DNA from: Selaginella moellendorffii
Lineage: Eukaryota; Plantae; Lycopodiophyta
Assembly (NCBI RefSeq): GCF_000143415.4
Contig: NW_003314411.1
Span: forward strand, 214,540-278,539
Reading direction: 5' to 3'
Length of the DNA: 64,000 nt
Within the stretch, counting starts at the first letter, position 1; every line of letters starts with the position of its first letter. The notes under the pieces were generated by a model, which was given only the letters and a program-made list of their open reading frames with translations, was not told the DNA's origin and did not search any database. The translations under genes and the position numbers were made by a program. Below are positions 37,632 to 51,133 of the stretch, piece by piece.

Positions 37632-38876
37632 GAGGAGTCTCCACCAGGGCAGCTGCAAGCGGAGCCTAGTACTCCCATGGCTGCAAGATCTCAGCAAGAA
37701 GCCGATCCAATTATTCCTAGCAAACCTTATCAGACTGTCACATGCAGTGGGAGTGTTAGCTATTTATCACAAGCAGCTCGTGATGCTCAAGACTCCGGTC
37801 TCAAATTGCTGTCGGTGATGGAGCAGCTTCTTCCTGAACCATGCACAGTTTGTGCAGCTCTCCAATCACCAGAAGCAGGACAGTAGAAGGCTGCTATGCA
37901 GGAGGAGTACAACTCTTTCATACTTAACAATGTTTGGGAGCTTATTTCTCTTCCACCAGCCAGGAAAATCAGCAGTAACAAGTGGATATTCAAGCGCAAA
38001 TTGGATGCCACTGGAGTGGTGACTCGACATCAAGCTCACTTTGTAGCGAGAGGATTTAGTGAAGTACATGGCATGGATTTTTCTGAGACTTTTTTGCCAG
38101 TGGCTAAAATGTCTTCTATACGAATTATTCTCCGTCTTGCAGCATATTGGGATCTGGAAGTCCATCAGCTTGATATCAAGACAGCGTTTTTATATGGCAA
38201 GCTTAAGGAGGAAGTCTATATTTCTCAGCCAGATGGATTCATTATCCCAGGACATAAGCAGAAGGTATGTCGATGTAAGCGCGCACTATATGGCTTGAAG
38301 CAGTCTCCTAGAGCATGGTATGAGCACATGGACAGGTTTCTTTCCTCCATTGGCTTTAAGAAGATTTTTAAATGGATAGCAATTGTATATTTTTAGCTCT
38401 GGAGATTCTAGCTCTATATGTCGACAATAATATACAATCTTCGGCTATTTTGAGTGACAGTTTACATACCAGTTCGAGATTTCAGCAACTCAGCGTCTTT
38501 CTTATTTGGGATTCAGGTGCTTCGAGACAGAGAAGCAGCAGTCATCGAGCTCTCTCAAGACATTATGTTGAAGAAATCTTGCACACAAAGTTCAACATGC
38601 AAGATTGCAAGCCTGTGGCGACGCCAATGGATCCAGGTCTTGTGCTGTCTATTGAGCAAAGTCCCAACTCTGAGGAGGAGAAAGCAGTGATGGCGAGAGT
38701 TCCATATGGACAAGCAGTTGGATGCCTTATTTATCTAGCCATCAGTACCAGACCAGACTTAGGATTTGCAGTTGGAGCAATCTCAAGATTTCTTGAGAAT
38801 CCAGGAGAAGTTCATTGGAGCGCTGTTACACGATTTTTCAGGTATTTGCAAGGTACAGCAGGATATTGACTAAGCT

Positions 38877-39953
38877 CACTGTTGGTCCCGACTGCATTCG
38901 GCCAGGATCCTGACTGCAGCCAAACACGGTCAGACAGCTTTGTTTGGTGATTCCAATGGCAATTGCATTCCCAGGGGCTAGATTTCCGATGCTGCTGTGG
39001 CAATTTCCATTGCCATTGCATCTCCACTGCTTTGCTGGTTCTCTTGCTGCTATAGAGCGATCCATCCACAAATGCCCAACAAGCCTACATTGAATCCGAC
39101 CAAGAGGGCTATAGGAGCTGCATCAGTAACTCCACTTCCTGCTAGGCCTATGCAGCATACCAAGCTCTCCAGGGTGACACTCTCCAGAGTCGGCCTCCAC
39201 TTTCAATTGAGCGTGGAGCAGCTTGCTAAGGCCTTGATGCTCGTCCCTCATCTTTTTGAACTGTAATTTGTGCCCTGAAATGGAAATTATGATTCCAGTG
39301 ATTCCAGCTATTTGATTCTAGCAATTCTGGCACAGTTGAGTAATGTTGCCAAGGTCACTACTAATGCTTCTAGAAAAGGAGTTGGGAGTTGAAAATGTAC
39401 TTATTGTGGAAAAATGTATAACTCTAAGCTCAGGAAGTTAGCATTTCATGTGTTGAGCCAAAGAGTGTGCTTTTCTTCATTGGAGTAGTTGGAACTTGAT
39501 CCAAGTCAAACGACATAATTGCTTGCTTCCAGAGAATTTTAAAAAGTTGGTTTATGTGCACAATAACACCAAAGTGGTGGATTATGTTAAAAGTGAAAGA
39601 ATGAAGTTTCTAGAGATTGATCTTGACACAATTGCAATCAAGATTGTAAAGATGCAAATTAGGCTTGAATCTCATGGTATAAAGGATTTAGTTGAAGAAG
39701 ATCTTCCAAATGAAGATGTGATTGTTGAAGAAAATGCCAGAGATGTCAAAGAAGTTGCCAAGGATGTTGAAGAAGATGAATAATAGTTGATTTATAATGC
39801 TTTACTTTTATTAGTTTGGTTTTAATAAAAATGTTTTTTTTTAATCAAAAATAATTTATGAATCATCCAGCTATTCAGCACTTTCATGGCTGGTCAATAG
39901 CCATGGTCAGCTGGTTGGCCAGTCGCTGTTTAGAATGGTTGGGACCAAACTTG
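38877..39953 (+). mobile_element. Internally deleted hAT DNA transposon
   Basis: Imperfect 13 bp TIR (CACTGTTGGTCCC / CAAGTTTGGTCCC) and TSD ACTAAGCT / ACTAA-CT. Remnant of the hAT dimerisation domain (L.KLA..VLSQ...SS.E; KR.N.L....KKLVYVH.N). Confidence 0.75.
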
Positions 39954-42900
39954 ACTAACTACAGAAGTAGCAACAGTGTGTCTAGCAGTAATGGAAGCTC
40001 CCGAAGTATGCAACTTGTTAGCTTTATAGACTTAGATTGGGCTAGCGAAAGGATACAAGAAGATCAATGTGAGACACAAATCCAAGAGCTCCAAAGTGGA
40101 CCCAAAAGGGTGCCATATGGTAATGGCCAAAGTAGAAGTTAAACAAGCGTAACATGTTTAGACTAAAAGTTCCAACTTAAAAAGTCAAGAGCAAGAATGG
40201 AATTCCCAATGAAGTGCTCAAGAAATGAGCACGAAGCAATAAGTGAGTCTCAAGAAAAAGGACATAAAAGGACCAACTAATGACACATGGAAGTGTTGAG
40301 ATGGAGTCCGAGATTGACCCGAGATGGAGTCCGAGATGCAATCCGAAATGGACCCGAGATGGATCTAAGATGTAGTCCAAGATGGACTCGAGATGGATCA
40401 GAGATGAAGTCTGAGATGGAGTCTGAGATGGACTTGAGATAGACCCAAGATAGAGTCCGAGATGGAGTTTGAGATGGACCCGAGATGGAGTCTGAGATGG
40501 ACCCAAGATGGAGTCTTAGATGGAGTCCGAGATGGACCTGAGATGGAATCCGAGATGAGATCGAGACTGAGATCGAGATGGACCCGAGATGGAATTTGAG
40601 ATAAGACTGAAACTGAGACCGAGATTGAGACTGAGTTTGAGTTCAAGATGAAGTCTGAGTCCAAGTTTGAGTCCGAAAACTAATACAGGTTATAACATGA
40701 AAGCTCAAAGCAATCATCCCCTAAAGAGGGGTTCCAAAAGTATAGTAGGGAGAATGTGGGGGTTGGACTCCAATGGAATCAATTTAGCTAGGAAAGGTCA
40801 GTGTGACCCAAGAAGGTTATGCCCATGTGTTGGGTGATGATATATCCACTGAGGAGTCCAAGACTAAAGTGAATACAAACTAACAAATGTGGTAGCTTGG
40901 TGAAGTGTTCAAGAGCGGGCTCTAGTTCCCTCGGGAGATCGAATGGTTGATGCTCCTAGTCCAAGTGTGGGTGGCACTACCTACTTGGATACTTAGTGTG
41001 TCTTAACGGAACCTTGCTTTAGCCCCATGACTAGGGCACCCAAAGGTAGAAGGTGGGGAGAATACCCATGAAGCTCATGTAGGGCCACAATGTTCCGAAA
41101 TATCATCCCAAAGTCTGGATTGTGGAAAGGAAGAAGAGCAATCTTCTGGTGTAGTGACCAAAGATACAATCACATGGTGAGGAAGTCCTAGAGGTTAGTG
41201 AGACTTAATGGTCAAACCTTTGGGCCTTGACCAAGTGGCAGTGTTAGGGAGCATAGTCATGGATGAAGAGGGATTTGGTGGGGACTAAAGCAAGGACATT
41301 AGGGAAGGGTGTTCCCCATGTCTTTGGGCATCCTAAGGGTGCTAAGGTGTGGTCAAGGGATGACCACTCATGGACAAATGGCCCAATCTTTAAGAGATGG
41401 GACTGTGAAGTAAGTGGTTTTGAACTACCGATGTGACAGGGGTGAATGAGTATAGCCTTAGTGTAACAAGTTGATATATTGGCACCTCTGGGTGTCAGTC
41501 ATGGGATCAAATATATAGAGCACTTGGACCAAGTGCAAAAATTGAGTGGCATAGATGCCATTCATGGGGCTAGCATGTCCTTAATAAGGCTTATGGAGTG
41601 AGTGAGTGATCAAGTGATCAAAGGTGTGGTTAAGTGGCTAAAGTAAAATGGAAAATTTAATCGCTTACAACTTGGTATCGGAGCTATTCCTTAGTCTAAC
41701 TCTTATTAGCGGTCAAATATATCACCATTTGATAATGATATTGGAAGGTCTTAGGAGTGGGGCTATATTTAAGGAGTAGTAGGTCAAGAAGACATAGTTC
41801 TCCACTATAGTTCATGTGTGAATTAATAGATAATGTGGTGGATAGATAGGATAGGGGCTAATAAAGATCAATTTTGGGATCTTGGGAACAATACAAGGTT
41901 TTCCTCAGAGAGTTGAGGATGTGATTTATAAAAGCGTTGACTTAGTAAACTGGATAATGTGGTTGCAGTAAAGAATTATAGTTGGGATCATAGGAATGAT
42001 GGAAACTCTTGAACGATAAAGGAGTCATAAAATTATCCTCATATAATTGAGAATGGTGCTCAAGAATTTAAGATTGGAGTTAGTGACCGTAAAAGGTCAA
42101 ATATATATAAAGATACAAGTCTTTGAAATGGTAATCGGGGCTACCTTTAGTACATGTTGGAACAACCCAAAAAGTTGGAGATATACTTAGAGGATGAATC
42201 AATATTCTCATTATATAGATAAATAGTCTTAAGGGGTAGAAGTAGCTTATATGGAACAAAGAATAATCAAATGTTGGTGTAACACTTGCAAAGATAGCAT
42301 TTGTGAGTAGGACATGAATACAAAAAGTTCTATTCTAGTGAGTTGACACCTCAAAAGTAGGATCTTACGGGTCATTGGATTAGTAAAGTCCAAAAGGTAG
42401 ATAACTCAAGTAAAGTTAAGGAATAGTCATAAATGATTGGTGGAAGCATTTGGACTAATGTATACTGTAACTTATGAAGGATAAAAAGGAAGATAAATTG
42501 TTTATATTGCAATATAATGAGTTAAAGTCTTAAAAGGAAATGTTTATTGTCAAGAAAGTCCATCATTGAGACATCTAAGTATTCTTAAATACTTAAAAAG
42601 TGGTGTTTGGTATCATGAGGGCATTAAATAAAGCCCTAGGGACTAAGATGCTATCCACTATCCAAAGTTGGGGAAAGCTAAAGATGGAAGAAGACTGTGT
42701 ATCCAAAATTGGACAAAGCCAAAAAATATTTTAATTAGTATATTCGAATTGAGGAACCACTCCCTATGCCATCAGGTATATTCATCCTTAAGAATACGTG
42801 TTAAGGCATGGTAGATAATGCAAAGCTATTTGTAAGTGATTAAATTTTCCATTCTACTTTAGTCATTTAACCACACCTCCAACCACTTGAAAGAGTTTCA

Positions 42901-43417
42901 CTCACACCCTTCATAAATCCGATTCCGAACTTGGGGACTTACTAGCCTCAAGAATGGCATCCATGCCACTCTACTTTTGCACTTGGTCCAAATGCTTCAC
43001 GTGTCTGATCCCATGACCGACACCCAAATGTACCACCGATATACTAGCCCATTACGCTAATGATACTTTTTGAACCCCACGATCACTTTGGGGACGATCA
43101 CTTTGGGCTTTTACCTAACAGCCTGTATTAGTATTCGGACTCAGACTCAAACTTGGACTCGGTCTCGATCTCAATTTTGGACTCAGACTTGGTCTTGGTC
43201 TCAGTCTCGGTCTCGATCTCAGTTCCATCTGGGACTCCATTTTGGACTCCATCTTAGGTCTATCTTAGACTCCATCTCAGGTCCATCTCAGACTCCATCT
43301 TGCGTCCATCTCAGACTCCATCTAGGGTCCATCTCGAGTCCATCTTAGACTCCATCTCGGGTTCATCTTGGACTCCATCTCGGCCTCTATCTCGGACTCC
43401 ATCTCGGCCTCCATCTC

Positions 43418-43580
43418 NNNNNNNNNNNNNNNNNNNNNNNNNNNNNNNNNNNNNNNNNNNNNNNNNNNNNNNNNNNNNNNNNNNNNNNNNNNNNNNNNNN
43501 NNNNNNNNNNNNNNNNNNNNNNNNNNNNNNNNNNNNNNNNNNNNNNNNNNNNNNNNNNNNNNNNNNNNNNNNNNNNNNNN
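43418..43580. other. Assembly gap
   Basis: N run located inside the minisatellite. Confidence 1.
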
Positions 43581-43736
43581 AGCTTTCGTTGGGAGTCCAC
43601 TCTGCAACCTTTTGATTTGGAGCTTTTTAGTCCAAATATGTGACTCTCGTTTTGCTTCTGCTTTGACCACTACCACATGGCACCCTTTCAACTCCACTTT
43701 TGAGGCTCTTGGATTTATATCTCACAACTCCACCAC

Positions 43737-44389
43737 TATAGCACACCTTATCTCTCTCCTCTTAAACCAACTGGAAAAGAGGCAATTGTTTAATGAGAGA
43801 GCCCTTAGTGGTTATTTTATCCCCATTTATCCAAGGATCCACGGTGACAGTATATCCAAATCTCATCCCATGATCACATGCACTACACTCACCCCCCTTT
43901 TAGAGATGTCAATGTCTTTATTGACTATTGACTAACAACCTTTATTAAGCCAAGGGGAACCAATACCTCTATTTCCACACTAAATTTACTAATCTTTCCA
44001 TTGTGTAAACCAACTATTCCATGTGAGGCAACTAGTCATCCACCTGTACTGTAGTGCCACGGTGGATACCTTCGTCCGTGGATACTCCACACAAGAGGAA
44101 GGACATACGCATGGATGCCCAATACATATGATTTCAAATTTAGGGTTATAATATACCCTTGCTCAAGGGTATATTATACTTTTAAGTAATGGGAATTGAA
44201 CCTGTGCTATTTGCTCCAATATCACATGTAACGCATTTTATCTCTCTCCCTTTAAATCAACTGGAAAAAGGGGAAATTGCTTGATGAGAGAGCCTTTAGT
44301 GGCTATTTTATCCCCATTTATCCCCCAAGGTTCCAAGGATTTACGGTGACAGTATATCCAAATCTTATTCCATGATCACATGTGCTACA
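43737..44389 (-). mobile_element. TRIM (terminal-repeat retrotransposon in miniature)
   Basis: Direct repeats 43737-43887 and 44227-44389; 5 bp TSD ACCAC; PPT aaaaggggggtgag and degenerate Met PBS tgatattggagc on the minus strand; ~340 bp non-coding interior. Confidence 0.85.
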
Positions 44390-45851
44390 ACCACCCATAG
44401 ACAAAGTTTAATGTCCTCATTGAATGATAAACCATTTTATAACGTAACACTAACATGTATTACCCTTTCCATCCTTGGCACCTAGCTAATATTCATCAAT
44501 CTTTTATTTCATGCCACTCTAGGCACTAAGTTCTATTTTTCCATAACTTGGGCTAGGATTGTCTATAGCCTTATTATCTAGCTACCTTGCCACTCCCTCC
44601 TTTGGAACTTTCACCTTTGCCAATTTGGAGCATTTGGGAATCCATCCTTGGAAACACATTTCCTTTCCCACAATCTATTAGCATCCAATACATTAGTGTT
44701 CCTCACCTAACTTTGCCATTTAGATTCCTTCCAATGAATTCTATAGCCCAAACTTGGCCACTAGTTTTTTGCTCATATCTGTTGATTGTTGCATCAAACA
44801 ATATAAGATTGCTACCTCTATCCTCTAAGTATCCTTTTGGTTCTATGGCAAAAGTTTTACTTTGCCAAGTCCAGAGGGTGCTCACCCCTAGTAGGTTTAT
44901 TTAACATTTTCTATTATGGGCTTTATCTACAACCCAACTTTGCAACCCTCCCATGAGTCTTTCCTAAAGGTTACTTTCTTGGACTCACTATATCATTGCA
45001 TTGACACAATTGATTTCCCTTTAGATGTCTATCCCACTTGGTCACTTTGACCAAGTCACACTATTACTAATAGTTCAAATTAACACTTTGAACTAGGAAC
45101 CTTATTCTTTAACCAAACAAGGACTTTGTCTTTATTTAGCCACAAGATCATTTAATGATCTCACCTCGACACCTTAACAAATTTGTTAATAGGTATTAGG
45201 TCTTTCAGACTTTTAAATTGTTGACTATGACCCTGGGGGCATCCCCCACACTTGGCAATATGCCCAAGCCAACCCTTTTAACCAAGGGTCCATAGCAACT
45301 AAGATTGAGTGTCTCCATTTCATTCACCATATCTTTAGTGCCACTTGCACTAAAGTGTTTAAGTTAGATATGCTAAGCTTTCACACTAAGCAATCTAAAC
45401 ATGCATCATGACTCTAGGGCATCCCCCGTATAGTGGTGTGCCCAATCTCTTTATTGAGAGTCCATGACCACCAAAAAATGAGTATCCTCATATTCCAACC
45501 CATCACTGTGCTCTAGTGAGTTGGGACTCGAACCCAAGCACTAAAGGGTTGGAACTCGAACCCAACTTTTGTATATGCATTTATGGATAACATCACCCAA
45601 TATGCCTAGCGTGACTCCCCACGCTGGTGCACCAACTCATACTTAAAGCATGTTACGAATCATAGTTTAGGAACTTAATTCCTCCAAATTGTCAAATCCT
45701 CTCACTTGACAAGTCTGTGATCTTGCATAGACTCCGCCATACTTGGCCCCATGGGCTGCCCCTTTTGAAGTCAACAACTTCAACTAAGGTGTTTGTTCCC
45801 CCAACTTGACAATCTTGCTTAACAAGACACTTGACCAGTGTAATATGGTTT

Positions 45852-45951
45852 NNNNNNNNNNNNNNNNNNNNNNNNNNNNNNNNNNNNNNNNNNNNNNNNN
45901 NNNNNNNNNNNNNNNNNNNNNNNNNNNNNNNNNNNNNNNNNNNNNNNNNNN
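45852..45951. other. Assembly gap
   Basis: 100 N. Confidence 1.
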
Positions 45952-46118
45952 TTTCATTCAAAGTCATTTATTTAAATAGTTGGGAATTACTTCCTCAGCA
46001 TTGATAGCCTCGCCTCATAACAAGCTTCAAGACCATGCTTTTGCTGTGCTACTCTAATTTCACACGCTCTATAAACCATTTACACTTGGCTTTCTAGGTA
46101 CTAATTTACCTAGAATTG

Positions 46119-47248
46119 TGTAGTGCATGTGGTTTTGACCCTTTATCCTATGGTGATTTACCATAGGATAACACCACGAAGCGGAACCTAAACCCTCTTT
46201 ATGCCACATGACACATGCCACGTGTCCAAAGGACAGTGGTGCGGAGCCTGTAGTTCAAGGCCTTGAGCCACTGAATGAAGGAACAATGCCAAACTCCCAA
46301 GCATGGAGCCAAGGAGTGACAAAACTAAACCATGGAGCAACTCCCAAGCATACAGCTCAATGAGCAAAGCGATAGGAGCCCGGAGCGACTTGGAACAGTC
46401 CTAGAGCAACCAACATCCCAATGCTAAGACCAACATGCAAAATGGAGCCAAATGGAGTCTGGCGCTATTTCGGTATACCGGTGGCCTAACGTGAGGGTAT
46501 GGGTACTCCACTAGCTAGCATGGAATGGAACTTGGTCTTAGACCCAAGCCAGACGCAGAACAAGGACAAACATGCAAGCAGAAGTTAGACTATACCTCAG
46601 GTTGGTCAGCTATGCCCAACCTACCCACTATCCCTACTATACACTTGGAACCCCCCACATCCCCCCCCCCCCCCCCCCCTTGAGGAACACACACTTTGGG
46701 CTTTCACCCCAAGCCTCCCTTAATATCAGGAGTTAGTCTCTTGGATAAGCTTGAAACTTACTAAATATGGAATGGCACTAGATTGCGAATTTGGACATGG
46801 GATGAACACCATTGTGTTCAAGCCAATCTCTACATTCCGTAGATATACCAAATGAGCAAATCTGGACACTTTCCATAAATAGCATTTGGGATCGAAATGA
46901 AACTAACACAAAGGGCATGATAGCGAGGGTGTTTAGCAAACACGGTAAGCCATCATCTAGCGATATTGAGGGACTAATCTCAATATCGCGGGGGTTCTTG
47001 ATACTAGCAAGTGCAAGCCAATGACTCAAGTTTCTCAAACCAGGCCGAGTATGCTCAGCAAGAAACACATAGGGTTCTTACCTTATGTTTATCCAATCTA
47101 AGTCCATGGTCATTGACTAGTTCCTCAACTAGCTCAAGTGGGAAACTGATAACGAGTCCAACAATACCGACCTCCTACCATCGTGGCAGTAAGGAAAGAA
47201 TATCCAAAAGGACTAGCCGACAGATAACTTTTGATACCCGAAGTTACA
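46119..47248. mobile_element. Probable solo LTR of a family distantly related to A
   Basis: TG...CA block interrupting family A internal sequence. It shares ccctactatac and ctttgggctttcaccc motifs with the A LTR. TSD unclear. Confidence 0.55.
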
Positions 47249-50200
47249 TTCTTTGGGAACCTTGAAGGGACTTTATCCCTTAGCTTGCTAAGGCTTCTCC
47301 TTCTACAAGCTTTCTAATTGCCATATAGTCTAACATGGACAATTCCATACTTTAGACTTTCCATGTGATTATGGTTGCTAATAGCAATATGTTTGAGCAC
47401 CACTTGATTCTCCACTCTTAACTTGCATAATCACCTTTGGTTATGCCTTTTAATTCCTTTCTATCCCTTTACTACTTGTTTTTTAGGCATTATGCCTCCC
47501 CTTTAGTTATTCTCCTCTCGTTTAGGAGGGTAGTTTTGCACTTTCTACCATGCTTTAGCAAGTATTTTTAGGGATGAATTTACTCAATAACTTAGGGAAT
47601 GGTTCTTCAATTTAGATATGCTTATTGTGTAATCCCACACAGCAAGATTAATGTTGCTATGCATGGGCTTCTTTATGCCTATTGTTAGCCATGCCAAAAT
47701 CCTTTTTTTGTTTTGTCTAATTTGGATAGATAGACTTCTACTGCCCATGCAACCTTAGATGTTAGATAACACCTCCTATCTATTATTTGCTAGAGACTTA
47801 ATCCCTTAAGCCTTACCTAATGCCCTCATGATACCAAACACCACCTTCTGATGTTTTAAAATGTTTAAGTATCCCAATGATGGCCTTCTTTGACAATGAG
47901 CATTTCCCCTTTATGACATTAACTTACTATATCACAACATAAGCAATTTATCCCCCTACGGGATATATTTAACCTTCATATTCCAATAAGAAGTTTTAGG
48001 TAGTTAACTTTTACCAATCCAATCAATTATGTTGCACATTTTGCTTAGTTACTTCATAGTTGTCAAGTTCTACAACTCGTTACTAGTGATTCCACACCTC
48101 CATCATTATTTGGGTCACCATACCTTAACTATATGCTTTCTAGCTTAGGCTATGCCATTCCCCATTTCTATTAAGATTCCTTTGGTAACAGGTTTTCATG
48201 AAGCCACTAACTTGACCTCAAAGCATCATACCTTGGCACACTTGGTGTCTCCACACCATCAACAAGTTTACATTTATGACACTTTCCATTTGTGTTTAAA
48301 TCTTTGCCAATACCAAAGTAGTTATGTCTCATGCCAACTATCAGTTAGCATTATACTATGATGTTCACACACAACTCTGTGCTAAAGTTTCTTTCTTTTA
48401 TGAACACTTTTCCCACAACTTTAGTATAACACCTTTTGCCAACAATAAGATGCCCATTGTTCTCATACTTAGATTTTATGATCTTCTCTATCCTTCGTGG
48501 GGTACAACACACCTCAGTCCAAAATCTTCTATCCCTTAGGACCATTCCTTCACTCCATTTGAGTCATTTAGCTTTTTGAACTTTGCCAATCCGATAACCC
48601 ATAAGGTTGTACTTTTGAGGTGCCAGCTCACTAGAATACAACTTCCTATATTCATATCTTACTCATAAGGACCATCTTTGTAAGTGTTACTTCGACACTT
48701 GATTATTCTTTGTTCCAGGTGGCTACTTTTGCCCCTTAAGACTATCTATTTATATGATGAAAACACCAGCTCATCCTCTAAGTACACCCCTAACTCCTTG
48801 GGTTATTCCAGCATTTATAAAAGGTAACCCTGACTACCATTTCAAGGACTCATGTCCTCCTCCATATTTGACCTTCCACAATCATTAATTCTGGTCTCCA
48901 ATTCATAAACACCAGTCTCAACTATATGAGGATAATGTTGTAACTCTTTTATTGTTTTGGAATCTTTATCTTTCTCATGATCCCAACTATAGTTGTTTAC
49001 CACACCTATCTTAACCAGTTTACTAAGTCAAACACTCATCTAAATCATATCCTCAACTTTCTGAGGAAAACCTTATACTGTTCCCAAGATCCCAAAGTTG
49101 TTCCCTTACTGGCCCCTTTCTATCCACCACATTGTGCACAAGTTCACACATGAACTAGAGTGGAGAGCCATGTCCTCCCGACATGCTACTCCTCTAGGAT
49201 ACGTCTAATCCTAGGACCTTTCATTTCCAATACAAGTGGTGATATACTTAACCACCAATAAAAGTCAGACTAAGGACTAATACCAAACTGTAAGCGACTA
49301 AATTTTCCATGCTACTTTAGTCATTTAACCACACCTTTAACCACTTGAAGGAGTCTCACTCACACCCTCCATAAGTCCTATTTCGAACTAGGGGTCTTAC
49401 TAGCCCCGAGAATGGCATCCATACCACTCTACCTTTGCACTTGGTCCAAATGCTTCATGTGTCTAATCCCATGATCGACACCCAAAAGTATCACCGACAT
49501 ACCAGCCCATTACACTAAGGCCATGCCCATTCACTTTTGTCACACTAGTGATCCAACACCACTTACATCACAATCCCGTCTCTCAAAGACTGGTCATCCA
49601 TCCATGAGTGATCATCCCAGATCCACTCCTTAGAATCCTTGGCATGCTTGTAGATATAGGGAATAACCTTCCTTAATATCCCTTTTTTGGTCCCCACCAA
49701 ATCCCTTTCGGTCCATAGTCGTGTTTGCCAACACTGCCACTAGATCATGGCCCATAGGCCTGACCACTAAGTCCCATTATCTTCTAAGATTTCCTCACCA
49801 TGTGCCCGCATCCTTGGTCATTACACCAAAGGACTACTCTTCTTCCTTTCCACAGTCTGGGACTTTGGGACAACATTTCAGAACATTGTGGCCCTATGCA
49901 AGCCTCATGGGTACTCTCCCCACCTTTCACCTTTGGGTGCTCTAGACATGAGCTAGAGCGAGGTTCCGTCAAGCCATGCCAAGTATCCAAGTAGGTAGTG
50001 CCACTCATGCTTGAACTGGGAGCATTGACCATTTAATCTCCTGGAGGAGCTAGAGCTAACTCTTGAACACTTCACCAAACTATATGTTTGTTTGTCTATA
50101 TCACTCTAACTTTGGACTCCTTAGTAAATATATTCTCACCCAGCACCTAGGTATAGCCTTCCTCAGTGGCCTTTCCTGGCCAAACTGACTCCATTGGGGT

Positions 50201-51133
50201 CCAACCCCCACACTCCCCCTACTATACTTTTTGAACCCCCCTTGGGGGGACGATCGCTTTGGGATTTCACCCAATAGCCCAATAGTCTGCCAACAGCCTA
50301 TATTAGTATTTGGACTCAAACTCAAACTTAGACTCAGTCTTAGTCTTGGTTTCAGTTTCGGACTCGGACTCAGTCACGGTCTCAGTCTCGGTTCCATCTT
50401 GAACTCCATTTCAGACTCCATCTCGGGTCCATCTCGAACTCCATCTCAGACTCCATCTCAAACTCCATCTTAGACTCCATCTCGAACTCCATCTTGAACT
50501 CCATCTTGGGTCCATCTTGAGTCCACATCTCGGACTCCATCTCAGGTCCATCTCAAAGTCCATCTCAAATCCATCTCGAACTCCTCCATGTGTTATGTGT
50601 TGGTCCTTTTATATCCCTTTTTTAGAGACTCACCTATTGCTTGCTTCGTGCTTGTTCCTTGAGCTCTTCGTTGGGAGTTTCTCTCCCACTCTTGACTTTT
50701 CGAGTTGGAGCTTTTTAGTCCAAATGTGTTACTCTCATTTAGCTTTTGCTTCGGCCACTACCACGTGGCACTTTTTTGGCTCCACTTTTGGGGCTCTAGG
50801 ATTTATGTCTCACACTACTCTCCTAGCTTAAAGGAAGAATAATTAAAAGGAACTTATAAGGTTAAAAATAAGTAATAAGGGGATAAAATTGAATTATAGG
50901 AATCGAAGGGTATAGCCAAATATGATTATGCAAGTTAGGAGTGGAGAATCAAGTAAATACTCGAAGGTGTTACTACTAGTAATTGTGGAGCCATAAAAAG
51001 TTTAAAGTGTGAAATTAACTATATTAGACATTATGGCAATTAGAAAGCTTGCGAAAGGAAAAACCTTAGCAAGCTAAGGGATAAGGTCCCTTCAAGGTTC
51101 CAAAAGACAATTTTACATAAGTTAATATTTAGA

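Larger units (their letters stand above)
42831..50814 (-). mobile_element. Family A full-length element nested in the opposite orientation (5' LTR 50814-49289, 3' LTR 43726-42831)
   Basis: Two LTRs with PBS and PPT remnants; TSD CTATT / CTACT. Confidence 0.85.
40068..51133 (+). mobile_element. Family A element (5' LTR 40068-41669, PBS TGGTATCGGAGC 41673-84; internal part split by a nested copy)
   Basis: LTR TGTGAGACAC...CTTACA. Internal sequence is collinear with 10435-12220 on both sides of the nested element. Confidence 0.85.

Noticed and set aside
38866-39958. Alternative hAT boundaries using TTGACTAA as an 8 bp TSD
   Set aside because: Those boundaries leave the TIRs misaligned. The 38877-39953 boundaries give CA...TG ends and restore the Copia frame.
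40177-40664. Ser/His/Leu-rich ORFs (also 14285, 43070, 50231, 51284, 59218)
   Set aside because: Translations of the LTR minisatellite.
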